Origin: Myxococcota bacterium
Lineage (GTDB): Bacteria; Myxococcota_A; Polyangia; Nannocystales; Nannocystaceae
NCBI GenBank assembly: GCA_039028615.1
Contig: JBCCHT010000001.1
Coordinates: forward strand, 256,001-320,000
Length of the DNA stretch: 64,000 nucleotides
Direction: 5' to 3'
The notes below the pieces were generated by a model. The model ran no database searches and was not told the DNA's origin. It saw only the letters and a program-made list of their open reading frames with translations. Shown here in pieces: positions 49,786-59,444 of this stretch. The position numbers and the translations under genes were made by a program. Position 1 is the first letter of the stretch. Each line of letters opens with the position of its first letter.

Positions 49786-50149
49786 TCTCTTGCTTTGGCT
49801 TTCAGGCGAGCGACCAGTCCCAGCCGGCCGGCGAACGGCCGCCAGCGGCCTCCCGCTCGGAAACGTCCGCCCTGGCGTTCGGCAATGCACAAAGACCGAG
49901 AGCGGAGCGACGAACGACGACGAGTCTGGTTTCGCTCGCGGGTACTGTGCGCTGTGCAGCCAGGCACCGAGTAACCTAGCAGGGCGACAGAGCCCCCTCA
50001 ACGAAAGTCATGGTGAAGATCTGTGGAGTCTCTTCACCTACCAATCGAGTCGTGCGAGAGGTCACGCTCGGCGCTGCCGCGGCGCATCACGTCTGGAGCG
50101 TGTCCGGGCGGTCTGCCTGCTATGGTCCGCGGGCGTTCAAGCGAGCTCA

Positions 50150-51052
50150 ATGATGTCGAAAAAACGTATCGGACTGTACATCGACCTGTGGGATCAAGGC
50201 GTCGACGGCAAGGAATATGGCTGGAAAGACGTCAAGGGAATGGCGCAGATTGCCGAGCAGAACAATTTCGACACCTTCTCGCTTCCCGATCGCTTGCACA
50301 TCTGGGGACATGGTCAATGGGAGTCGACCACCATGCTCGCCGCCGTTGCGGCAGTGACGTCCACCATCAAGTTGGAAATTGGGGTTATGCGATCGATTTA
50401 TCGCAACCCCACACTCGTCGGAAAGATCGTCGACAGTATTCAGGAGATCAGCGGAGGTCGCCTGATCTTGGGACTGGGCGCGGGCAGCGACGTCGGCGAG
50501 AACAAAGAGTACGGCTACCCCGAGAACTACCGCTATTCGCGATTCGAGGAATCTCTGCAGATTCTCCTCTCGCTCCTGCACACTGGCAAGGCGGACTTTC
50601 AGGGTCGGTTCTACCAAGCCAACAATTGCATGCTCACGCATCGCGAGTCGAAGCACCCGGTGCCGCCCCTGTTCATCGCGGCGAAGGGCCCGAAGATGCT
50701 GCGACTCGCTGCTCGCCACGCCGACATCTGGAACATTCCCATCGTCCCGGACTCCCCGGACGGGTGGAAGACCCACCTGAAGGACCTCGAAGAAGCGTGC
50801 GAGGAAGTCGGGCGAGATCCCGCGACGCTCGAGAAGCACGCCATCGTGGCGATTCCGTCCCCGAACAAGGACATCAAGCACCCCGGCGAGGGCTTCGACG
50901 GAACGCCGCTGAGCCGAGACGCCCGACAGGCCGCCGATCAGGTGGAGGTGTTCTTCGAGGCCGGGTTCAAGGAAATCCTGCTTTGGCCCGCGGTGTGCTC
51001 GGCTCAGGCCGTCGAAGAGATGGTCCCGCTCGTCGAGCTGCTGAAGAGCTAG
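50150..51052 (+). CDS. LLM-class (probably F420-dependent) oxidoreductase
   Basis: WESTTMLAAVAAVTSTI, RNPTL, SGGRLILGLGAG, GPKMLRLAARHADIWN; F420 dependence inferred from context. Confidence 0.85.
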   Translation: MMSKKRIGLYIDLWDQGVDGKEYGWKDVKGMAQIAEQNNFDTFSLPDRLHIWGHGQWESTTMLAAVAAVTSTIKLEIGVMRSIYRNPTLVGKIVDSIQEISGGRLILGLGAGSDVGENKEYGYPENYRYSRFEESLQILLSLLHTGKADFQGRFYQANNCMLTHRESKHPVPPLFIAAKGPKMLRLAARHADIWNIPIVPDSPDGWKTHLKDLEEACEEVGRDPATLEKHAIVAIPSPNKDIKHPGEGFDGTPLSRDARQAADQVEVFFEAGFKEILLWPAVCSAQAVEEMVPLVELLKS

Positions 51053-51086
51053 CGACTCGCGACGCCACAGGCTCCGCCATTCGGCT

Positions 51087-51113
51087 CAGAACCCCCGGTC
51101 ACCGGGGGTTCTG
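51087..51113. terminator. Perfect GC-rich hairpin after the LLM gene (terminator-like)
   Basis: CAGAACCCCCGG-TCA-CCGGGGGTTCTG; no poly-T tail. Confidence 0.55.
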
Positions 51114-51436
51114 CGATCTGGCCCTACGCACGTCGTCGGCCCCCCATCGACAGTCAGGGTACGATCTCATTGACCTTGTGGCAGTTGCCGTTGTGTTGCC
51201 GCCATTCGCCGCTCGTCTGGGGGAAGAAAGTAGTTCTCGCAGGGGAGGAAATCTCCCACTTTGTAGTTGTGGGTCTCGGAAGTAGCCCTGTTGTTTCACG
51301 GAGACCGAGCCCGTCCAGGGCGCGCCAGCCTCTGCACATCCCCGTTTCGCGTGCTAGCTTGAAAAGGCGCCCGTATGTCGCGAGCGCTTCTGCCAACGAC
51401 GTCTCGCCGAACTGACGCGACGAAAGGTCTGCAGCG

Positions 51437-51922
51437 ATGAAATATCGTTGTCTTTGTCTCGCGATCCTTCTCCTCCCCCTCGCAGGCTGCGGCCGAACGG
51501 AGCTACGGCCGAGTGACGCACCGACGATGGAAGCGCATGAGGGGCTCGTGGCCTTCGTCGTGGACACCGACCGCCCGGTCGTGGCGGTGCACTACGTGTC
51601 GCCGGACAATGACAACCAGTTCAGCTTGCTGTCGGCGGAACAGGGCACGTCGATTCAGGTCCATCGTGTCCCCGCGGACCGCTACTGCATCCGCGCCGTG
51701 AAGTGGCCCGTTGGCAACTTCAACGCAGACTACCGCGGCAAAGGTCCGATCCTTTGCATGGAGGTGAAACCCGGCGTGCTCAACTACCCGGGGCACCTGC
51801 AGCTCGCCGACGGCAAGAACACCCTCTCACGCTCGGGGTTCAAGGGTCGCTATCTTCCGGCCGTCGAAGACTTCGAGGAGCGACTGCGCGGGGAGTATCC
51901 AGAGCTTGTGCCGCTGCTTTGA
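51437..51922 (+). CDS. Hypothetical lipoprotein
   Basis: LAGC lipobox; VKPGVLNYPG. Confidence 0.7.
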   Translation: MKYRCLCLAILLLPLAGCGRTELRPSDAPTMEAHEGLVAFVVDTDRPVVAVHYVSPDNDNQFSLLSAEQGTSIQVHRVPADRYCIRAVKWPVGNFNADYRGKGPILCMEVKPGVLNYPGHLQLADGKNTLSRSGFKGRYLPAVEDFEERLRGEYPELVPLL

Positions 51923-51951
51923 GGTCAGGCCCCCCAGTCCACCCTATCGGT

Positions 51952-53628
51952 TCAGCGCGCTACGGCCCTCGCGGCCTCGGCACGAACCGACGCAGGCTCT
52001 TGCTCGGAAGCAGCAATGACCTCCAGGTGCTCCAGGGCTACCGCGTTCCCCGTATTGGCGAGCGCGCGAACCATGACCGTACGACGCACGGCGTCGTCCT
52101 CGGCGGACATGCGACCGAGGAGTGCTCGAGTGAGCAGCTCGGACTGCAGCGGAGCACGCTCTTCGAGGTTGTTGGCGAGGTTGCCCACCGCGTACGCTGC
52201 GGTCTCCTCGACGGCCCCCTGCGAGTCGTCCAGCACGTGAAGGACGGCCTCTACCAACCGCGTCGACGGTCGAAGGGCCAGGCCGGCCGCCGCGAGGGCA
52301 CCGATCCGCGACTCGTCGTCCAGGCGTGAATCCTCGGCCAATGCAGCGAGCACATCGAGGCTCTGCTCCGTGCTCACCGCTCCGAGCACACTGGTGAGGG
52401 GCGGCAGGCAGCTCGGCCCTCGCCCATTGCGACATGCCTCGGCCAACTCGGGCCCCAGCGAAGGCTCCTCGAGCAGTCGTGACTGCAGCTCCACGAGCCA
52501 TTGCACCCGCGGATGCGCGTTGGAGCGCCCCGGCGGCAGCAAGGCCAGCGATTCCGCGATTTCCAGCGCCGACGCGCTCGTGGGATCGCCCAGGTCGACG
52601 GTCGACATCGGTCGCGGAGGCCAGTCGCTCCGCTCGGCCGCGCCACACTCACTGGTGCCCGCAGAGACTTGGACCGCGCCGCTACCTTCGGCGATCACGG
52701 TGGAGCTCGAGTAGCCCTCCCAGTCCGCCAAGGTCTCGCTCAGTCGTCGATCGGTGATGCGTTCATCGACTTCGATCGAGACGTCGATCATCCCCTCGAG
52801 CCAGTGCGCGTCGAGGTCGGCCGTCGCCGCCCACCCGAACACGATGCCTTCCTCGGCTCCCGGCGACACGGTGAACGCGACGTTGATGGGCACGCCGATC
52901 TGCAGCAGCTCGACGGTGCCGGTCGCCGCCGCACGTAGAATCTTGGGGCCGATGCTGGCCCGCACCGTCCCCACCGTGGCCAAGTAGGGCTCGAGCCGCG
53001 CTCCGATGCCGTTGGTGAGCAGCTGACCGGACACCGTGTACCCCAGCACCGCCCAAATCTCGATATCGAGATTCACGGGGATTCCCCCCATCACGTAGCG
53101 CACGGGGACCTGCAGCACCAGGTGCGTGTACTCCCGCATGTCGGAGAACGAGCCCTCGTAGGAAAACAAGGGATAGGTGAAGCGACCGAGAAAGACCAAG
53201 TCGGCGCCGAGCCGCGCGTCGCCGTTCTGCCGCGAGTAGCCCTCGAGCACCGCGGAGACGACATCGCGTTGCACCTCGAACGCGGTTGCGCTGCCCGTGA
53301 CTTCGCCGTGGATCCTCGTCTCGTTGCCGTAGGGTCCGCCGTCGACGGCCTCCAGGGTGAGACCGATGGAGTATCCGCCGCCCCACCGCTCGTTGCCGAA
53401 GCTGTCCTCGCGGCGCACGACCTCGTTGTAGGGCTGCCCCCACGGCTCTCCCCCATCGGGTGGCAACGCGGGGCCTTCGACTCGCTCGATGCACAGCCCC
53501 ACCTGGTCCCAGGCCGACTCGGCGTCCTTGCCTTCTGACGCCAAGGGATCGGCCGGTATGCGTGACACCTCGACCCCACCGCAACCCGCGAGGCAGACAC
53601 ACGCCACCAATAAACTCGAAGCTCGCAT
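51952..53628 (-). CDS. Lipoprotein with beta-rich N-domain and C-terminal HEAT-like repeats
   Basis: LAGC lipobox; helical repeats AAYAVGNL, VRALANTG, VRAEAARA. Confidence 0.7.
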   Translation of the reverse strand: MRASSLLVACVCLAGCGGVEVSRIPADPLASEGKDAESAWDQVGLCIERVEGPALPPDGGEPWGQPYNEVVRREDSFGNERWGGGYSIGLTLEAVDGGPYGNETRIHGEVTGSATAFEVQRDVVSAVLEGYSRQNGDARLGADLVFLGRFTYPLFSYEGSFSDMREYTHLVLQVPVRYVMGGIPVNLDIEIWAVLGYTVSGQLLTNGIGARLEPYLATVGTVRASIGPKILRAAATGTVELLQIGVPINVAFTVSPGAEEGIVFGWAATADLDAHWLEGMIDVSIEVDERITDRRLSETLADWEGYSSSTVIAEGSGAVQVSAGTSECGAAERSDWPPRPMSTVDLGDPTSASALEIAESLALLPPGRSNAHPRVQWLVELQSRLLEEPSLGPELAEACRNGRGPSCLPPLTSVLGAVSTEQSLDVLAALAEDSRLDDESRIGALAAAGLALRPSTRLVEAVLHVLDDSQGAVEETAAYAVGNLANNLEERAPLQSELLTRALLGRMSAEDDAVRRTVMVRALANTGNAVALEHLEVIAASEQEPASVRAEAARAVAR

Positions 53629-53753
53629 CGGTCGCGACCTGTCGACGATAGCACGCTGATGCCGTCCCGATGATGGCCGTCCCGTGGGCCTGTTCACCGA
53701 TGGCGTGCTCAGTTGGTTGTGGGGACCGCAATGCTCCGGTAGCGTTTTGAGCG

Positions 53754-54575
53754 GTGGGTCGCAACACGTTCATGGGTTCGCTCTTCGTGCTGTCGCTCGT
53801 ACCGTTGTCGTGGGCCTGCGAGGGCGCAGGGCCGGGACTCGAGGCCGAGCCCACGTTCGCATGCACCTACGAGGTTCGTTTCTCCAGCTGCTTCGATCCA
53901 CAGGGCAGCCCGTGGCGTTCCGAGTGTGTCACTGTCCGGGACGAAGCCGCGTGCCAGACCCTCACCCAAAACCACGTGGAGAACACTGGCGACTGCGAGT
54001 TCTCCACCACCCATCGCTCCGTTCAGGTGCGTGAGGGCGAGTGTGGCGAGGTCGAAGAACCCGACGAAGGCGGCTTCGCCAACGGTGAGAGTTGCGACGC
54101 CCTCGCGCAGTGTGCATCCGGCCTGTGCGTGCCTCAGTACTACTGCACCAGCGCCTGTGGCAGCGACGCGGAGTGTGAGGGCGACTTCGGCGGAGGGTGC
54201 TGTGTCGGCGAAGGGAGCTTGGGCTACTGCCTCGCCGCGGCCGACTGCGACGCCCTGTGCCCCGACAACGCCTACGCCGCGGGGCTCCCGACCCTGTGCT
54301 ACTGCAACGAGGGCTTCCACTGGAACCAGGCCGGAGACGCTTGTGTACCGCCCGCAGACCTCGGCGAGTGGTGCTACTTCCCCGCCGACTGTGCCAGCGG
54401 GTATTGCCTCTCCGGCTTCGACGACGATGGCGAAGGTCGCCGCTGGTGCTCGACGCAGTGCGACGACGATACCGAGTGCGCCGCGCTGGTCGGCGTCGAG
54501 CAGGTCGACGCCGCGTGCTGTGGACCGACCACCGACGGTGCCCCCGCGTGCGTGATCGACACTTGGTGCAGCTAG
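53754..54575 (+). CDS. Cys-rich lipoprotein with repeated C-x5-C-ASG-x-C modules
   Basis: SWAC lipobox; two CASG(L/Y)C...(Y/W)C(T/S)..C..D.EC units. Confidence 0.7.
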   Translation: MGRNTFMGSLFVLSLVPLSWACEGAGPGLEAEPTFACTYEVRFSSCFDPQGSPWRSECVTVRDEAACQTLTQNHVENTGDCEFSTTHRSVQVREGECGEVEEPDEGGFANGESCDALAQCASGLCVPQYYCTSACGSDAECEGDFGGGCCVGEGSLGYCLAAADCDALCPDNAYAAGLPTLCYCNEGFHWNQAGDACVPPADLGEWCYFPADCASGYCLSGFDDDGEGRRWCSTQCDDDTECAALVGVEQVDAACCGPTTDGAPACVIDTWCS

Positions 54576-54617
54576 GGCCCGTGCCTCGATGCGGTGCCGG
54601 GCGTACTCTGTGCGGGC

Positions 54618-55391
54618 ATGACCTCCGACTGGGACCCCGACCGCTACCTTCGCTTTCGCGCGCAGCGGCGCCAGCCCTACGAGGAACTCGTCGCGCTGGT
54701 CGAGGCGCGACCGGGCATGCACATCGTCGATCTCGGCTGCGGGCCCGGGGAGCTCACGGTGGACCTCGCCGAGCGACTCGCGGCTCGGTCCGTGCTCGGA
54801 CTCGACGTCAGCGACGCCATGCTCGCGAAAGCCAAGCCGCGGTCGAACGAGCGCGTGCGCTTCGAGAAGGCCGACATCGCGACGCATCCGCTCGGCGAAG
54901 GACTCGACTTGGTGTTCTCGAACGCAGCGTTGCACTGGCTGCCGGACCACGCATCGCTCTTCGCCCGGCTTCACGCCGCGTTGGGCCCGGCCGGGCAGCT
55001 CGCGGTGCAGATGCCCGCGAACTTCGGGCAGGCCACGCACACCACCGCCTCCGAGCTCGCGGGCGAGGAGCCCTACGCCACCGCGCTCGAGGGCCGTCGT
55101 GCTGGGGCGGCGGTGGACGAGCCCGAGGCGTACGCCACCCTGCTGCACGACCTCGGGTTCACCCGCCAAATCGTGCGTCAGGTCGTCTACGTGCACGAGC
55201 TTCCCGGCCCCGAGGCGGTGATCGAATGGGTGAAGGGCTCGATGCTGCGGTGGTACGCCAAACAGCTCGGCCCAGAGCTCTACGCGCGCTTCGCCGACGC
55301 CTACGAGCAGCGCCTGCTCGCCCGCCTCCCCGGCCGTCGCCCGTTTCCCTTCACGTACCGCCGCATCCTGCTGTGGGGCGCCCTCGACTGA
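54618..55391 (+). CDS. tam: Trans-aconitate 2-methyltransferase-like
   Basis: WDPDRYLRF, VDLGCGPG, FSNAALHWLPDH, LAVQMPANF. Confidence 0.85.
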   Translation: MTSDWDPDRYLRFRAQRRQPYEELVALVEARPGMHIVDLGCGPGELTVDLAERLAARSVLGLDVSDAMLAKAKPRSNERVRFEKADIATHPLGEGLDLVFSNAALHWLPDHASLFARLHAALGPAGQLAVQMPANFGQATHTTASELAGEEPYATALEGRRAGAAVDEPEAYATLLHDLGFTRQIVRQVVYVHELPGPEAVIEWVKGSMLRWYAKQLGPELYARFADAYEQRLLARLPGRRPFPFTYRRILLWGALD

Positions 55392-55401
55392 CGGGCGGCA
55401 C

Positions 55402-55680
55402 TCACGTGGGGTCTCGTGGTTGGCGCAGGGCCGCCGCCCACAGCTCGAGGAACCGCTCCCGGGTGATCTCTGCGTCGTACTCGGACCGGTCGAACTCGGG
55501 CTGGTCGGTGAAGCCGTAGACCTCGTCGAACTCGGCATCCGGGGTTGCCCAGTACATCGTGCCGCCAAAGACGCTGATGTGCCGAAGGATCTGGCCGTCA
55601 CCGACCTCGCAGTAGAAGGTCCCCTCGTCCTCGTCCCCGTCCATCGAATCGACCTGGGCACTGAAGTATCGTGTGGACAT
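55402..55680 (-). CDS. Small acidic hypothetical protein
   Basis: ORF with GGAG SD; EITRERFLELW C-terminal motif. Confidence 0.55.
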   Translation of the reverse strand: MSTRYFSAQVDSMDGDEDEGTFYCEVGDGQILRHISVFGGTMYWATPDAEFDEVYGFTDQPEFDRSEYDAEITRERFLELWAAALRQPRDPT

Positions 55681-55796
55681 CCGAGGCTCCTGTGCTCGAC
55701 GATACATGAACCTCCCCAGTGAACTATCCTCAGCGACACCGTTCGACGGGCTGACACGCTTGCTCGGTGACCTGGGTTCGCGAACGACGGCACATC

Positions 55797-56180
55797 ATGG
55801 CTCAGGCTGAGTGGATCTTGCTCGCGCGACAACTCGCCGAACTCCCGGAAGACCAGCGGCTGGCGAGAATCAAGCGCTACGCCGAGGAGGACAGCTACGC
55901 CGCAGCGAAGGTCGTCGTGCGGTGCTCGCTGAGCCGCAAAGACCTTCAGGAGCTGACGTCGTTTGCCCTTCGTCAAGACGACCTCCAACGCCTTGGGTAC
56001 TGGCTCGAGAGCATCGCGCACAGAGCGGGCTTCAGGCGGCTGCTCCGTTGGATTGACCAAGACTCTGCGCTCCCGGCCGATGTCGTCGACTTTGCTGCAT
56101 ACCACCTGCGTCGACTCGTCCCCGACACGGATGCCGATCGTCTTGCATTGGCTCAGTTCTGCCGCACTCGCGGGCTTTGA
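55797..56180 (+). CDS. Hypothetical protein
   Basis: Helical ORF, closely followed by the next gene. Confidence 0.5.
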   Translation: MAQAEWILLARQLAELPEDQRLARIKRYAEEDSYAAAKVVVRCSLSRKDLQELTSFALRQDDLQRLGYWLESIAHRAGFRRLLRWIDQDSALPADVVDFAAYHLRRLVPDTDADRLALAQFCRTRGL

Positions 56181-56182
56181 CA

Positions 56183-57001
56183 ATGAATCACCCGGCACGG
56201 CGCAGGGCTGAAGCGAGCGGCGTGCTCACGCTCCTGCTCTCGCTCGTGGTCGGTTCCGCATGCCAACGACCACCCACTGTGCCGGCATTGGTGGATGACG
56301 AGCACCAGGACGTGGTCATCGCGGAGGGGCTGATCGCCCAGCGCTCCTTTCGAGCCGTGGATCCACGCGTCCCCGATCGAGATCCGCTGCACACCGTGAC
56401 GTTGACCATCCAGGTCGAACGCGTGGAGCCCTTGGAGGCCGCCCCATGGCTCGGCGAATCGGTGGTGTTCGAGCGGCGCACCACCAGGCAGGATGCGGAC
56501 CTGTTCGCCGGGACTCGCGTCCGCGTCTCGCTCGATCCCCGGCGGCGTCGCGACGGGCCTTGGCGGGGCCTGCACGTCGAGATGGTCGAGCCCTCGGCTC
56601 GCCCTCCGTGCCCCGACGGGGCGCCAAGCGGCACGATTCCCGTCACCGCCCCTCTGGACAACTCACCGCCGCCGAAGCTGCACATGCTCGAAGGGCGGGT
56701 CGTCGCTCGCCACTTCGAGAGCGTCCAGAAGGTGAACTCCGCTCACCCCGGCTATGAACCACTGCAGCGCGTCATCTTCGAGCTCGACGTGCGGAGCTCC
56801 GCTCCCCCGGGACTCGAGCAAACGATCGCTCCGCCGCTCCGGGTCACGCGGACCAGCCGCGCGAGCGAACTCGAGATCCGAGCGGGCGACATCATCCGGG
56901 TCGCCTTCGAACCGCGGCCTGGGGTGCTCGACAATCCCGCCAAGCTCCTGTGGGGTCAGGAGATCACGCTGCTCGAGCGAGCGTGTGGCACCGCCGAGTG
57001 A
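56183..57001 (+). CDS. Lipoprotein with two internal repeat (OB-fold-like) domains
   Basis: GSAC lipobox; EGLIAQRSF..DPLHTV..LFAGTRVRV versus EGRVVARHF..EPLQRV..IRAGDIIRV. Confidence 0.6.
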   Translation: MNHPARRRAEASGVLTLLLSLVVGSACQRPPTVPALVDDEHQDVVIAEGLIAQRSFRAVDPRVPDRDPLHTVTLTIQVERVEPLEAAPWLGESVVFERRTTRQDADLFAGTRVRVSLDPRRRRDGPWRGLHVEMVEPSARPPCPDGAPSGTIPVTAPLDNSPPPKLHMLEGRVVARHFESVQKVNSAHPGYEPLQRVIFELDVRSSAPPGLEQTIAPPLRVTRTSRASELEIRAGDIIRVAFEPRPGVLDNPAKLLWGQEITLLERACGTAE

Positions 57002-57319
57002 TGGCGAGTGCCAACGACGCCGGGCCAGCATCGGGATAGACCGAGGTCGAGCTCATGGCGAGTCCGCGACCGAATGCCGCCGGTCATTCCGACCGATGCA
57101 CGGGCCGAAAAGCCGCCCTATGGCCGACTGGTCGTCGACTCGCGCCCGTGAAGGCTGACCATGCAGGGTGGCGAGCAGCGGCCCCGCCGTACGGCCAAGA
57201 CCAGCGGACACCGCTCCGCCGCGCGCGTGACCCGGTCGAGGCCCCGAACTGGGCCGCGCTCGAGGGCGATGTACGCCCTGCACCTTGTGCGGTTGACCGC
57301 GCGCGGTCGACAATGAGGA

Positions 57320-57601
57320 GTGTCGGCCGAGGATGCCCCCTACAGCTTCGTCCGTGGCGTGCTCTGGGCGTTGGCGGCAGGGGCCGCAGCGGTCTACATG
57401 TCGTCGTTGCCTGCACTGCTGATCGCGTACGCGCCTGCGTTGGCCATCGGGCTGCTGGGTGTCGCCGCAGTGACTGGTGCCGTGCTCGGATCCAAGCTCG
57501 GCCGACGAGGGGACGCTCCATGTTGGGCGCAACGTCTCGCCGCGTCCGCGATCGCACTGACGCTCGTCGTCGTGGCGGCGATCTGGCTCACGCACGCGTA
57601 G
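57320..57601 (+). CDS. Small membrane protein (3 TM)
   Basis: Three hydrophobic segments; GAGGA upstream. Confidence 0.5.
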   Translation: MSAEDAPYSFVRGVLWALAAGAAAVYMSSLPALLIAYAPALAIGLLGVAAVTGAVLGSKLGRRGDAPCWAQRLAASAIALTLVVVAAIWLTHA

Positions 57602-57643
57602 CACCACTGCCGGCGCTGATGAGCGGGCGACCGAGTGGCCCCC

Positions 57644-57690
57644 TGACTCGCACGCCGTTCCTCCGTGGCCTCCATCATTCGTACGGCCAT
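57644..57690 (+). repeat. Degenerate copy of an integrase/transposase 3' end
   Basis: Encodes TRTPFLRGLHHSY; 18-nt GGCCTCCATCATTCGTAC (57667-57684) is identical to 59661-59678. Confidence 0.6.
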
Positions 57691-57845
57691 CGTGCGCCCG
57701 CTCGAAGCCGTCGCCACGGGGCTGGCCGCCGTTGGGCACCGTCGGTGACATCGTCCCCCCGAATCGGTCGCCAAACAGACCTCTCCGCTCGAGGGGGCCG
57801 CGGCTGCGCACTACGAGGTTCCACAGGTCGTGACGCCGAGCAGCG

Positions 57846-58307
57846 CTAAAGTCCTTCGGCGGCCGCCTCGAGGCGCTGCAGCAGTGCGACGAGCTGGTCG
57901 AAGTCTTCGGCACCGAGCTGCTCCCGCAGATCCGCTTCGACCCCCTCGAAGACTCGAAAGCCGTCGAGGATGTCCTTTCTCCCTCGGCGAGTGAAGCGGA
58001 CCAAACGCGCGCGGCCGTCATCGGGGTCGGGAACGCGTTCCACCAGGCCCATCTCGGCGAGCTCCCGCACCAGTTGGGCAACCGCTTGGGGCGTGATCCC
58101 GAGTTTTTCGGCCAGCACCGTGGGCCGCGTTCCCTTCAGGGAGATGTGGGCATAGAGCGCTGCATGGGCGGCCCGGGGTTGGGGACCGCTATGGGTACGA
58201 GATTTTCGATCGACCGCGATGTCTCGCAGGAGCCGAGACGAACGAAACAGCGCCTGGAGCAGGCTGTTCGCCTTCGCTTGGGCGAGACGCTCCTCGAAGT
58301 CGCTCAC
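57846..58307 (-). CDS. MarR family transcriptional regulator
   Basis: LAEKLGITPQAVAQLVREL, GLVERVPDPDDGRARLVRFT. Confidence 0.92.
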   Translation of the reverse strand: MSDFEERLAQAKANSLLQALFRSSRLLRDIAVDRKSRTHSGPQPRAAHAALYAHISLKGTRPTVLAEKLGITPQAVAQLVRELAEMGLVERVPDPDDGRARLVRFTRRGRKDILDGFRVFEGVEADLREQLGAEDFDQLVALLQRLEAAAEGL

Positions 58308-58340
58308 GGGACCAGCATAGGCGAGGGAAGGAAAATACTA

Positions 58341-58373
58341 AAGCATGCTTGAATAAAATATAAAGCATGCTTT
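58341..58373. promoter_or_regulatory. Tandem palindromic operators (probable MarR sites)
   Basis: AAGCATGCTT (58341-58350) and AAAGCATGCTTT (58362-58373) in an AT-rich divergent spacer. Confidence 0.75.
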
Positions 58374-58382
58374 GGTAAATCT

Positions 58383-58868
58383 GTGGATGCCCAGCAACGC
58401 CAATCCAAGCGCAACCTTGCCCATCGCCTCGCAGTACTCGGTCTGGGGCTCTACTCCGGGGTGATGCTCACGATTGGACTGGGCCTTGGCCGCTACTGGC
58501 TGAGCCTGCCCCCGGCCGAGTTCGTTGCGTGGTTCACGCCGAACTTCTGGTTCCTGCTTCCGACGATCGCGGCCACGTTGCCGGTCGCTTTGGTTGGAAC
58601 GGTTTGGTCGATCCGGCTGGCCGATCCCGGTGATGGTACGTGGCGGAAGGTACTGCTCTTGCTCGTCGTCACACTCGTGGTGACCGCCGCCTATCACCTG
58701 CCGGCGAACATACGGATCTGGTCGGGCGAGCTCTCCGACGGTCGCGTCGCGAACGAGCTGACGTGGTGGCTCTGCGCTCACGTCGTTCGCGTCGTCGCTG
58801 CCATCGCGGCCGCCTGGATCGGGCTAGGAGCCATGGGCGCCCAAGCTCCGGCAAGACCCGCTTCGTAG
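58383..58868 (+). CDS. DUF1772/anthrone oxygenase-like membrane protein
   Basis: Four TM helices; HLPAN and W...HVVR motifs. Confidence 0.7.
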   Translation: MDAQQRQSKRNLAHRLAVLGLGLYSGVMLTIGLGLGRYWLSLPPAEFVAWFTPNFWFLLPTIAATLPVALVGTVWSIRLADPGDGTWRKVLLLLVVTLVVTAAYHLPANIRIWSGELSDGRVANELTWWLCAHVVRVVAAIAAAWIGLGAMGAQAPARPAS

Positions 58869-59054
58869 GCCGAGCAAAGCCCACCCCCCCCGACACGAAC
58901 CGGAAACACGCGCGTCGATCGAGCATACCTGACGCCAGCCATCGATTTCCGCGGCCAGGCCGAACGTCGCGCCAGATGAACGAGGAGCCAGCACGGCATG
59001 AAGCTGCGAGCCCGGCGGTCGACGTAGTTCGTGATCGCGCGATAGCTTCGGACC

Positions 59055-59444
59055 GTGAGCGACGCCCCGTATCGATACTGCGTGAGCCTCGGACCGGAAC
59101 GGCCGACTCTCGAAGAACTACGAGACCTCGTCGCCGCCGCGGTGGACGACTCGAGTGCCTACTGGCCGTGGACCGTGAGCCTCGACGACGACCTCATCGA
59201 GATCCTGGAGGACGATCCCTTCTCCTTTCTCTTGCAGGAGATGAGAGGCGACATGGCCGAGCAGTTCTCCGAGGAGAGCGAGGGGGCCGCGCGAGTTCTC
59301 TACACATGGGGAAATACCGACACGGGAAACGCGGATGAGCACGAGGCGTTGGTGCGACTCGTGCTCGCGGCCATTTCGACCGCCTTGCCTGCCTCCCGGA
59401 TTTTCGATCTCAACGGTCAGAGTGTCTTTGTCGCGGGCGAATGA
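59055..59444 (+). CDS. Hypothetical acidic protein
   Basis: 129-aa ORF with plausible composition. Confidence 0.5.
   Translation: MSDAPYRYCVSLGPERPTLEELRDLVAAAVDDSSAYWPWTVSLDDDLIEILEDDPFSFLLQEMRGDMAEQFSEESEGAARVLYTWGNTDTGNADEHEALVRLVLAAISTALPASRIFDLNGQSVFVAGE

Noticed and set aside
50012..50038. GGTGAAGA...TCTTCACC inverted repeat upstream of the LLM gene as a riboswitch
   Set aside because: It is only an 8-bp stem with no recognisable riboswitch consensus; it could be an operator but this is unsupported.
53709..56198. 829-aa minus-strand ORF
   Set aside because: It is the antisense shadow of several well-supported plus-strand genes (Cys-rich lipoprotein, tam), typical of high-GC DNA, with no recognisable motifs.
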